Shown: positions 9,892 to 18,820, numbered from the stretch's first letter. The stretch is 64,000 nt of DNA from Chlamydiae bacterium CG10_big_fil_rev_8_21_14_0_10_42_34 (GCA_002773795.1 PFAD01000018.1:26023-90022); one strand, 5' to 3'. The notes: generated from the sequence alone by a model not told the origin. Made by a program: numbers and translations.

Positions 9892-10605
9892 ATGTTTATA
9901 AACAGATTTTCATCATTGTTATTCCAGTTTGCATCACAAAATCTTGAAGCAGTTGATAAAACAAACCCCTTTTATAGTCCTACAAAATTTCCCTTTGAAT
10001 CGTATGTCGAAAGATTTTCTCATTATTCAGAACTTGAAGAACAGGCTTTTAAGAACATTTGCATAATCACAGCGATTTACATAGACAGAGCCTATGCTTC
10101 AGGCAAAATAATTAATCACCCCAATACCATCCATCAATTATTTGGAACCGCTTTTGTGATTTCTCAAAAAATGATCCTTGATAATCACTATGCATTCGAC
10201 TATTACGCAAAAATCCTTGGCATCTCTCCCCAAAAGCTCTTTGAATTAGAGCTTATCTTTTTTGAAGCTCTTAAATGGAACGCACATATAGATCAAAGTA
10301 CTTATAAAAAATATGTGAATAAGTGGAATGAAAATCTATCAGACAATGAACGAATTGATTTTAAGGAGCCCATTGATTTTAAGGAGCCCACCGAGTCTTC
10401 GATAATGACAACTAAGAAAAATAAACCAGCAGCCCCCCCCGAAAAGAAGAAAATTCCAAGCACTCCTAAAGAATATGTACTAAAGAAAATTCCAACCACT
10501 CCAAAAACAGAAATAGTAAATGCACAATCATACACTCCAAGAAATCCGAGACGCTTTTCAGGTCAACAAGTTATCAGCAGCGGTCCTTCTTGCCCGATTG
10601 TGTAA
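9892..10605 (+). CDS. Eukaryote-like Pho80/PCL-type cyclin-domain protein with C-terminal CaaX (CPIV)
   Basis: SYVERF...IITAIYIDRA...NTIHQLFGTAFVISQKMILDNHY...YAKILGI...LFELELIFFEALKW follows the Pho80-like cyclin pattern; ATG 9892 chosen by alignment with the paralog at 17748. Confidence 0.75.
   Translation: MFINRFSSLLFQFASQNLEAVDKTNPFYSPTKFPFESYVERFSHYSELEEQAFKNICIITAIYIDRAYASGKIINHPNTIHQLFGTAFVISQKMILDNHYAFDYYAKILGISPQKLFELELIFFEALKWNAHIDQSTYKKYVNKWNENLSDNERIDFKEPIDFKEPTESSIMTTKKNKPAAPPEKKKIPSTPKEYVLKKIPTTPKTEIVNAQSYTPRNPRRFSGQQVISSGPSCPIV
10354..10389 (+). repeat. Exact 18-bp tandem duplication (ATTGATTTTAAGGAGCCC x2 = IDFKEP x2)
   Basis: Directly visible; in frame within the cyclin gene. 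Confidence 0.95.
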
Positions 10606-10637
10606 GTAAGCCCCGCTAGTTTTTACCTGACGTTTTT

Positions 10638-11918
10638 CTATTCTTCAGCAAGTGGCACCTGACGCAGCCCAAAATAGCTGTAAAAGAACCGATTGAACCA
10701 CATTGGGAGCCATCCTTGCATTGGTTTGCGATACCCGGTTGCTTCAGCCACCTTCTCTTTGCCCGCTTGGTTTATATAAACTTGGCTAATCACAACCTCA
10801 TCTTCATCGATAGTGAAACCCGAGGGGAAAATATCGAGCTCTGTCTCTGAGGCTGCAGTAATTGGGCCCGACAAGTTAGAATCAGCTCGGATCATGCACT
10901 TAAAGCGGTGCATATTGCCCGCATCAAATCTTAAAGTTGCCTCTTCTCTAGGCGCAAAGGAAAAAGCCAAATCAACACCTTCTGCATTTACTTGGCCCCT
11001 TATCTGATCAAGAACACTTTCAGGATCGATTGCATCGGTAAAAATGTGAATGAAGAAGTTATATTCTCCCTCATTTTTTTTCATTTCAATGACCCTATTT
11101 AATTCGCCGATATAAAAATTCAAAGAGGGCAGCTTTAGTGGGTGAAGCGTTTTTGTGTTATTATCGTCGTAATCTCCTCCATCGCGAATATGAAGAGCGA
11201 TCGGATAAGCATCTTCTGGCAACTCGAGCTGCTCACTTTCTATAGTAAGTAACTGACTCAAACGCACTTTATGCTGAGTCCAATCGGGATGGTACTTTGG
11301 CATAGAGCAGGCATCTCCTTCCTTTTCTATTTCTCTATAAAAAGATGCAAACGGCAGTAGATAAAGCACTGATTGCGTTTTGTCTGCACCTTTTAGAGCT
11401 TCAACTTGCTCTTGTGTATTTAAATAGACAACTTCACGGAAGTATTTAGGCCCTCTATTTTGCTCCATTTGGTCGAAGAAAAAAATTTCAGACCCCTTAA
11501 ACGGCTTATAATAGAGCGGCATGTCCACCTCATCCGCTGCAACCCTCGCCCTTAAATAAGTGACAGTGCGATCCCCGGTTCTACTAAACTGTTTTAAAAT
11601 TAAGGGAATGTAGTCGCTTATTTCAGACTGAGATACTTTTTCGTCAAATTTTGCATATAAGTCCACAAGCTTTGAAGCTGCCCCCATACCCGCTAATCCA
11701 ATCGATGGTGCAACAGCCAAGGTTGCTACGAAAAAAGCGGCGGAACGCTTAAAAACTTCGAATACCCGCTGACAGCCCTCCTGCTTACCATCCATAGCCG
11801 ATATTGAGTATCCATAAGCCTCAACGCACTTTCTGATCGGCTCCATGAGGGTATCTCCCATCAAATCTTCATCTCCCATCGCAGTGGTTGCATTGTGTAA
11901 AAGGGCATCAACACTCAT
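10638..11918 (-). CDS. Hypothetical protein with N-terminal hydrophobic segment and C-terminal GT11/NodZ-like (fucosyltransferase-like) motifs
   Basis: IALHIRDGGDY resembles HxRRGDY; LNFY...FFIHIFTD resembles motif II. Confidence 0.5.
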   Translation of the reverse strand: MSVDALLHNATTAMGDEDLMGDTLMEPIRKCVEAYGYSISAMDGKQEGCQRVFEVFKRSAAFFVATLAVAPSIGLAGMGAASKLVDLYAKFDEKVSQSEISDYIPLILKQFSRTGDRTVTYLRARVAADEVDMPLYYKPFKGSEIFFFDQMEQNRGPKYFREVVYLNTQEQVEALKGADKTQSVLYLLPFASFYREIEKEGDACSMPKYHPDWTQHKVRLSQLLTIESEQLELPEDAYPIALHIRDGGDYDDNNTKTLHPLKLPSLNFYIGELNRVIEMKKNEGEYNFFIHIFTDAIDPESVLDQIRGQVNAEGVDLAFSFAPREEATLRFDAGNMHRFKCMIRADSNLSGPITAASETELDIFPSGFTIDEDEVVISQVYINQAGKEKVAEATGYRKPMQGWLPMWFNRFFYSYFGLRQVPLAEE

Positions 11919-12026
11919 AAATCCTCACATTTTTTTGGCGGACAGTTTACAGAATCCACAAAATACTTTCAATCATTTTTCACAATCGATAGACTCTTTC
12001 ACCGACCCCTTCAGAAGGAGAAAAAC

Positions 12027-13034
12027 ATGAAAGTCAACTCGCCACTACCCCCTACCCATCCACTGATCAATCCTACCAACCAATCTCCAAGCTGCCTAAC
12101 CAAGCTCTTTAAATGCACTATTGAGCCCTTCGTCGGATCGATTATAAAAATTTCCCTTTACCGCTCGGCCTACCTTAGAGAGGGATTCTCCAAATGGATC
12201 GTTTTGCCCATAGTAAGAAAAATTGGCAACTGCTGGCTTGAGGCCGAAAACCTTCCCGCGATGTTCACCTCTTTCGACAAAAAAAGGCTCGACGATACGG
12301 AAGCAAGCCTTTTACAAATTGGCGAAAAAACGATCCTAAAAGTGGATGAAGAGAGATCGATCCCTTTTGTCCATTTTCAAAAAGACAAAAACAACCGGTC
12401 CACTTGCGTCCTTTACCTCAATGGATTTGGCCTCCCCTATCAGACAGCAAAAAACTTTATCCATAAGCATCTCGATGAAGACTTTGATTTTGCCGTCTTT
12501 GAGTGGGGAAATAAGGTCTCAATGCAAGGTTTTGTCGAAGACGCAGAGGCTGCCTATCAAGCTCTCATTGAAAAAGGATACCAACCCAATCAAATCAAGG
12601 TTTTGGGCTATTGCGGAACAACTTACGTTGCAACTTACTTAAAAGCAAAACACCACCAAGAAGGGCTCGATGCCATCTTGGTTGATCCCCACACCTCTTT
12701 TCGAGAAGTGGTAGATCAAGCAAATCCGATTGGGAAATATGGGGTAGGCGCGATCGCAACCGAAGAGTACGATCTCGACAACATCAATACGCTCAGCCAT
12801 TTGAAACACACAGGTGCATCTACATGTCTTGTCATCGATCCTGAAAACTTAATCACCCCACCAGACACTGTTGAGCGCTTACAAAATGCACTTGCGCAAA
12901 GTGGAGTTACAACAATCCGAACTCAAGGGAAGATGAATAAGCAATTTAATACCCCTGAAATCTGGAACCAGTACATTCAGTTTCTACGTCGCGACCAATT
13001 GCAACAAGAAGAGATGAAAGAACAAGACCTTTAG
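12027..13034 (+). CDS. Alpha/beta-hydrolase-fold protein (ABHD12/13/17-like core, atypical nucleophile), putative effector
   Basis: VLYLNGFG; DAEAAYQALIEKGYQPNQIKVLGYCGT; Pro/Ser/Thr-rich N-terminus; GGAG SD. Confidence 0.6.
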   Translation: MKVNSPLPPTHPLINPTNQSPSCLTKLFKCTIEPFVGSIIKISLYRSAYLREGFSKWIVLPIVRKIGNCWLEAENLPAMFTSFDKKRLDDTEASLLQIGEKTILKVDEERSIPFVHFQKDKNNRSTCVLYLNGFGLPYQTAKNFIHKHLDEDFDFAVFEWGNKVSMQGFVEDAEAAYQALIEKGYQPNQIKVLGYCGTTYVATYLKAKHHQEGLDAILVDPHTSFREVVDQANPIGKYGVGAIATEEYDLDNINTLSHLKHTGASTCLVIDPENLITPPDTVERLQNALAQSGVTTIRTQGKMNKQFNTPEIWNQYIQFLRRDQLQQEEMKEQDL

Positions 13035-13216
13035 AAAGATTGAGCTGGGTAAAAAAGGGTTGTAACAAAGCACATCCCCAAGCGCTCCATCTCTTCGATC
13101 GAAGAGATATTGAGCTTAGGCGTACAGGCAAAGATATTCGATAGCCTACAAGTAGTAAACCCATATGCTGCAAGGGCATGAGCAGCCTCTGTTGCATATC
13201 CATTCTTCCGATGAGG
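13031..13216 (-). pseudogene. C-terminal remnant of a RimJ/RimL-type GNAT acetyltransferase
   Basis: A frame not in the ORF track reads HRKNGYATEAAHALAAYGFTTCRLSNIFACTPKLNISSIEEMERLGMCF...stop at 13031; the N-terminal half is missing. Confidence 0.75.
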
Positions 13217-13260
13217 GGGGTATGAAAAATACGGCAGGAAGAAGAGATGAAAGAGGAATC

Positions 13261-13617
13261 TTAAGGACGTTCAGTTAAAGAGAGCTTATCAAGCCATTCT
13301 TGTCTTATAGGGCTAAATATTTCTAATACCTCGCTGTCTTCAATCACTTCACAACTATGTACAATTTTTGAGGGAATTAGAATAGCATTCCCTGCATCTA
13401 TAATGTACGTTTGATCATGAATTGTAAACTTAAGCTTTCCTCGTAAAACAAGTGTTAACTGCTCATTTTCATGAGCATCATTCATTGCAACATGTCCTTG
13501 CTTGATTCTGTGCTCTACAAGCATCAGTTTTTCTCCTGCAATAAAGCGAGAGGAAACCTTTGGCAATAGAGGGTGGAAAGGCGCCTTTGAAAATTCAATA
13601 ATTTGAGCGGACTTCAT
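13261..13617 (-). CDS. Cupin domain protein
   Basis: AHENEQLTLVLRGKLKF...AGNAILIPSKIVHS...EIFSPIR. Confidence 0.85.
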   Translation of the reverse strand: MKSAQIIEFSKAPFHPLLPKVSSRFIAGEKLMLVEHRIKQGHVAMNDAHENEQLTLVLRGKLKFTIHDQTYIIDAGNAILIPSKIVHSCEVIEDSEVLEIFSPIRQEWLDKLSLTERP

Positions 13618-13719
13618 ATTTTTAAATAAAATTTTTCAGAATTTCTCAAAAGAGACCTTTCTTAGAGAACAGCTCTCATATAATTGAAATTTTCTGATTG
13701 TTTAAAAGTACCTGACTTT

Positions 13720-13910
13720 TTTTCCTCATAGGTCATTTTGCCCATAGTAAAAATAATTGGCAATCTCTGGCTTCACTCTGAAGGCCATCCCTCGATGTTT
13801 ACCTCTTTCGACAAGGAAAGACTGGACAATACGGAGACAACCCTTTTAAAAATCTGCCATAAAACAATCCTAAAAGCGTCTGAAGAGAGATCGATTCCTT
13901 TTACTTATTT
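13720..13910 (+). pseudogene. Degenerate partial copy of the 12027 hydrolase gene
   Basis: FSS*VILPIVKIIGNLWLHSEGHPSMFTSFDKERLDNTE...EERSIPF aligns with FSKWIVLPIVRKIGNCWLEAENLPAMFTSFDKKRLDDTE...EERSIPF (about 12186-12376). Confidence 0.85.
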
Positions 13911-13973
13911 TTTTTGTGTATAGAAAACTTGTTCTTGATAGACTGCCGAAAACGTTACTTTTAAGATCGATGA

Positions 13974-15319
13974 ATGAACATTTTGATTCTCCTCCCAGCA
14001 CTACTGGTATGTATCTATGTCCTGTTAGCCTATAAATCCTTTTTTCAATCAATGACCTACTCCCAAAATTTACTGCAACAATATCAAAATGACTCTCAGA
14101 AAACCAGAAAGACAGACATTCATTTGTACGTAGTTATTCCAGCATATCAAGAGCAAAATATAATACAAAAAACCCTTGATTATTTTTGTAAGATCCTTTT
14201 TTCACAAAATATTTCCAATACAACTCTTATAGTTGCATTGGATGGTAAAGAAAAAAAAATCACAAAGGAATAACGACAAAGCAAATCATCGAAGTTTATC
14301 GCAAAAACCATCCGCAGCTTATGGATCTCCTTCGACTTGTTGAATATTGTGGAACGGGTCGAAGCCGAGCTAAACAACTCAATGAAGTATTGCACTGGAT
14401 CGACCAATCAACGAAAGACCAAATGCTCGATCCAAACCAAGTATGGGTTGCTGTCTACGACGCAGATTCAAGGCCGCATCCTAAAACTTTTGATTATTTT
14501 TTATGGAAAATACAAAAGAATAAAGAATTGAAAGCCTTTCAGCAAACAATCGATTATCGACTCAATGAAAAATCACTCATCAAAAATCCCACTCTTTGGG
14601 CAAACAGTATTCATCATACTGCCCGATGCTACCTATCTGAAATACCTTTATTCCTCAACTCAAATGCGCGCATTCAAAAGGGGAAAAAATCGAATTATCC
14701 CCCTTACTATATGGGCCATGGGGAGTTTATTCGTCTAGATCTCCTAAAACAAGTTGGTGGATTTCCAAATGAGGGCTTCTGTGACGGAATTCAATTAGGA
14801 TTTGTGGTTACTCTATGCGATCAAGCAACTGAAATCATCCCCTATCCTGATTTTTGTGAGTCACCAGCTTCCCTAAGCTCCATGATTGAACAACATAGTA
14901 TGTGGTTTACAGGTCTTCTTTCGGTTTTTTCTCATATTCTTCGTAATAAAAAAGGGTCTCTTCTCGCTTTAAGGCAGTGCCTTTTTTATCTAGGGCAATC
15001 GACTATTTGGTTTATATGCCCTTTATTCTTTTTCACTCTTTTTCTGGCTTGTTTCCATCAATTCCTTGGCAATCCGTTTGCAATCATCTCATTCATTTTA
15101 ATTTCTGGATCTATCCTAGCCTATATTCGATTGATCGGGCGGGTTTCTTTAGAGCTAGACAAAACTTTCTCTCGTGAAGGAGTTGGTGCTATAAAATCTT
15201 GGGGGTGGGTGATTCTATCAATTTCAGCAAGATCAATTGGCCCTTGGGTATCAATTTTTCGCTTGCTTAAGCGCAAAGTGTTTAATCACCCGTTAAACTT
15301 TCGAAAAATGCCTAGGTAA
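13974..15319 (+). pseudogene. GT2 glycosyltransferase split by a frameshift at an A9 tract (14251-14259)
   Basis: ORF 13974-14273 has VVIPAYQEQ...ALDG; the -1 frame continues KNHKGITTKQII...YDADSRP...QHSMW and TM helices; one extra A joins them. Confidence 0.8.
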
Positions 15320-15322
15320 GCA

Positions 15323-16615
15323 ATGCCCCAGTCAATAGACTTCAAGAATAAATTCAAACATTTACGCGATACTCTTGTGGTAATCGCAATGCTTTTCGCC
15401 GGTTTTTGCGTGAGTTATTTACTCAATATTTACATCTCTCAATGGATCGGAGTAGAAAAATATGGTGACTTTTCTATCGTTCGATCGATAGTCAATATTC
15501 TAACTCCTATTATTCTAATGGGAGGAATAGAATCAGTCTTTAAGTTTATCCCCTATTATCGAGTTCATCATCCTGAACTTTTAAAAGGTTATCTCTATTT
15601 TTTTCTTCTTATAGGAACTCTATTTCTCGTTCTATTTGGAATCCTAAGCCTCTTTTTTTTAGTTTTTTCTTCTATGAACGATACACTTTTGAATATGATT
15701 TTGGTCTTTTTATGGCTCATCCCAGCAAGCGCCATATTAGTTTTATTGGGAAGAACTTTACAAAGCTATGACAAACCGATTTTTACTTCCTTTATGTATT
15801 CAATTTGTCTGCCTGGCCTTACTCTTTTTTTTGGTTTTTGGATTTATTCTATACAAAATCAGATCAATCTTTGGGAAATTCTTACAATCTATGGCTTGGC
15901 GATGCTTGCGATTAGTATCGTATTTGCTTGGTTAATATACAAATACCTTTTACATGATTTTAATAGAGTAACCCCTAACTACAGAAAGAAAGCTTGGATC
16001 CAAACCTCATTACAGCTTGCATCATATGTCATTCCACTTGAAATTCTCAATCAGACAAATTTAATTCTATTAGGGATTTTTGATCCTAACAAACGGACTG
16101 TTGGAATCTTCGCTGCTATTCTTGTAATATCAACCCTCCAGTGGAAAATTTATCAAGCAGTTAAAATCGTATTCAGCCCTATAATTAATCCCGCAGTTCA
16201 CAGCAATGATCATTCTTTATTAAGAACTTTATTCCGAAGAAGTACCTTGAATTTGATTTCGATAGTCATTCCAACAACAGTGTTACTGGTTCTCTTTTCC
16301 AGACCTCTTTTACAGTTATTTGGAGAAGCGTACACAGAAGCCACACTGCCGTTTACAATTCTTATCATTAGTAAAGGAATTTCGATTTGCTTTGGGATGT
16401 CTTCAGTATTTTTACAATACAGTCATTATCATCGATCGACAATCTTGCCATCAACTACCCTTTTATTGGTCAATATTGTGCTTTGCTTGTTCCTCATTCC
16501 CCCATATGGAATTTTGGGAGCTACAATCGCTCTTGCAGTCACTCGTCTCGCACTCGAAATATGGTATACAATTTTGATGGTTCACAAAAAAATGTTAAAG
16601 GTAAAGTCATGCTGA
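15323..16615 (+). CDS. Wzx/MOP-family oligosaccharide flippase
   Basis: 12+ TM helices; GVEKYGDFS near the N-terminus and LIPPYGILGATIA near the C-terminus. Confidence 0.85.
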   Translation: MPQSIDFKNKFKHLRDTLVVIAMLFAGFCVSYLLNIYISQWIGVEKYGDFSIVRSIVNILTPIILMGGIESVFKFIPYYRVHHPELLKGYLYFFLLIGTLFLVLFGILSLFFLVFSSMNDTLLNMILVFLWLIPASAILVLLGRTLQSYDKPIFTSFMYSICLPGLTLFFGFWIYSIQNQINLWEILTIYGLAMLAISIVFAWLIYKYLLHDFNRVTPNYRKKAWIQTSLQLASYVIPLEILNQTNLILLGIFDPNKRTVGIFAAILVISTLQWKIYQAVKIVFSPIINPAVHSNDHSLLRTLFRRSTLNLISIVIPTTVLLVLFSRPLLQLFGEAYTEATLPFTILIISKGISICFGMSSVFLQYSHYHRSTILPSTTLLLVNIVLCLFLIPPYGILGATIALAVTRLALEIWYTILMVHKKMLKVKSC

Positions 16616-17280
16616 ATGAAAACGATTCCCTCCAAACAATCTGCGAATTTATCAAAAAAGAACACTCCTGCAAAGCAATCATTTTATACGGTTCTCGTGC
16701 AAAAAAAACCGCTTCTCCTAAGAGCGATTACGACTTAGCAATTGTGCGTGATTCTAACTCTAAAGAACTTCTCTATAGGCAACTTATTAATCCATTCAAC
16801 TTAGAACTCGATTGCGTTTTTATTCCCCTTAAACGCGTTCATGCATTTTTAGAGCAAAAACATGCAAAATATGATGAGCCCTTCAGGTACTTTTACAAGG
16901 GGAAAAACATCGATCAGACAACTTCGATTGGAAAACAGCTAATCGATAAAATCGAATATTTCATTAAATCAGGTCCTAAACCCATTTCTGAAGGAGATAA
17001 ACAAGAACGAGTCAGATGGCTTAATAAAATGCTGAACAGATCTTATATCCACACTCCAGTTTATCAGTTCCGCAAATATGAATTTTTTACCCATCTTCTA
17101 TACAATTATTTTTATCTCCGAGATCGATGGTACCTCGGGGCAAAAGAAAGTTTCTTGCAACTTGAAGAACAGGATCCAAAAACCTATGATGCCTTCTTAC
17201 AAATCATGAATGGCAATTTCAAAGATGAAGACTTAATTAACCTTTTAACAAAAATCCAAAATTATCAATCAAATATATAG
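16609..17280 (+). CDS. Pol-beta-like nucleotidyltransferase
   Basis: IILYGSRAK...SDYDLAI (GS...DxD); overlaps the flippase stop. Confidence 0.8.
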   Translation: MLNENDSLQTICEFIKKEHSCKAIILYGSRAKKTASPKSDYDLAIVRDSNSKELLYRQLINPFNLELDCVFIPLKRVHAFLEQKHAKYDEPFRYFYKGKNIDQTTSIGKQLIDKIEYFIKSGPKPISEGDKQERVRWLNKMLNRSYIHTPVYQFRKYEFFTHLLYNYFYLRDRWYLGAKESFLQLEEQDPKTYDAFLQIMNGNFKDEDLINLLTKIQNYQSNI

Positions 17281-17427
17281 ATTTTAAAAGCACACGAACC
17301 TATCCCAATAGGGTGTGCACTTTTTCACCTGCCAATTTTTTTGCGAGACGTCCTAAATCTTCAAGTCTATTTCGTATTGGTCATTCAAGCAAAAAAAATT
17401 GAGAAAGATGGGCTTAAGCAAAGAATC

Positions 17428-17589
17428 CGGGACGCAAGCATCGATCAAAAGATCTATAAGAAGTATGCAAACAAGTAGAATGAACAAATCGATTTCAACA
17501 ACCCTATCGAAACCGTAAGAGAGGGCCGCTCACCGGATAGAAAGGCTGCCCTAATCACTAAAAAGTCACCTTCTTGCACGCTTCTCTAG
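17428..17589 (+). pseudogene. C-terminal remnant of a third cyclin-CaaX paralog
   Basis: Reads RDASIDQKIYKKYANK*NEQIDFNNPIE...KKSPSCTLL*; TAG at 17476 where both paralogs have TGG. Confidence 0.85.
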
Positions 17590-17747
17590 CATCCAACACA
17601 GCCATCTGAATAAGAACTTAAGGGGATGTTTTTTTCAAAAATTTCGAACACCTAAAAGAACCAAAAAATTGTCCTTCAAATTTAAGAAAAACAAAGGAAT
17701 AATACCTTACGCAATAAAATTAACATACCAGCAAAAAACATAATTAA

Positions 17748-18395
17748 ATGTTCATAAAAAACTTTTCCGATTTCCTTGAGCAAGTATCGAATAAGCCCTA
17801 TCCCGATGCAGAAAACCCTTTGATTGTAGATCCCTTTCGAATCGAAACTCCAGTACCTCTAAAGACCTACGTTCAAAGACTTTCTGACTTAGGAGGCCTT
17901 GAAGAACAAGCTTTCAAGCGCATTTGTATAACAACACAGATTTACATAGACAAAATCGCCCCTTCTTCAAAGATACTCCTGTCCCCTGACACGATTCATT
18001 TAATCTTTGGGACCGCATTTGCCATTTCGCAAAAAATGATTTTTGATGAACCTTGGGACAACTCTTTTTGCTCAAAGCTGCTGGGCATTCCCCTTAAAAG
18101 GCTCAATCACATTGAACTGGCTTTCTTTAAAGCTCTTCAATGGGATGCGAGTATCGGTCAAACCACCTATAAGAAATATGTGACCGCTTGGAATGAACTC
18201 TTTCCTGAAGATGAGCAAATTGCTCCAGAAGAACCGGTTCATACGCTTGTCGTTAACACATCTAGAGAAGGTCAAATACAATTGAGAATGTTTTCCCTAC
18301 TCGAAGACCATCTCAACCCAAACAAAGCACCGCCACCTGAAAAAAAAGCTTCAGGAAGTATCGAAAAGTGCTCCCCTTCTTGCATCCTTCTCTAA
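17748..18395 (+). CDS. Eukaryote-like Pho80/PCL-type cyclin-domain protein with C-terminal CaaX (CILL)
   Basis: TYVQRL...ITTQIYIDKI...DTIHLIFGTAFAISQKMIFDEPWDNSFCSKLLGIPLKRLNHIELAFFKALQW; paralog of 9892. Confidence 0.78.
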   Translation: MFIKNFSDFLEQVSNKPYPDAENPLIVDPFRIETPVPLKTYVQRLSDLGGLEEQAFKRICITTQIYIDKIAPSSKILLSPDTIHLIFGTAFAISQKMIFDEPWDNSFCSKLLGIPLKRLNHIELAFFKALQWDASIGQTTYKKYVTAWNELFPEDEQIAPEEPVHTLVVNTSREGQIQLRMFSLLEDHLNPNKAPPPEKKASGSIEKCSPSCILL

Positions 18396-18606
18396 CATCC
18401 ACCTCAATAGGGTCAGTGATTTGAAGAACTCCGTCCTTAAAAACAAAGGTTTCTTCGCCCAGGTATCGGCGACAAATTTGAGGTCGCAGTTGGATTGACA
18501 GCTCGCTTGGTAACCACGCGAGGAAAGACGAAGATCAATGCCCAGCAGCTCCCGCCCCAAAAACGAGGCGTTTTCGGGGGCCTCGGGAAGGCTTTTCTTT
18601 CCGGCC

Positions 18607-18632
18607 AAAAAAAAAGACCCAAATTGGGTCTT
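18607..18632 (-). terminator. Intrinsic terminator downstream of tRNA-Phe
   Basis: AAGACCCA-AAT-TGGGTCTT hairpin; the A9 run gives a U-tail on the minus strand. Confidence 0.6.
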
Positions 18633-18747
18633 AGGTGGGGAATTTCTGAGGGGAAAGTGGGGCAGTTTGGATTATCTTGATGAGGGCAGTATGAATAATA
18701 CGGCCGAAGAAAGAGAATTCGAAATGCACCGCTTTTCACCAGAAATT

Positions 18748-18820
<73 letters not shown>

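Noticed and set aside
12946-13203. 85-aa ORF from the track
   Set aside because: Wrong frame; the recognisable homology (GNAT remnant) is in another minus-strand frame.
13619-13707. Weak inverted repeat upstream of the cupin gene
   Set aside because: AT-rich with many mismatches; not distinguishable from chance.
16609-17280. NTase as an MNT-HEPN antitoxin or CBASS cyclase
   Set aside because: No HEPN or Cap effector gene is adjacent, and it is short for a CD-NTase.
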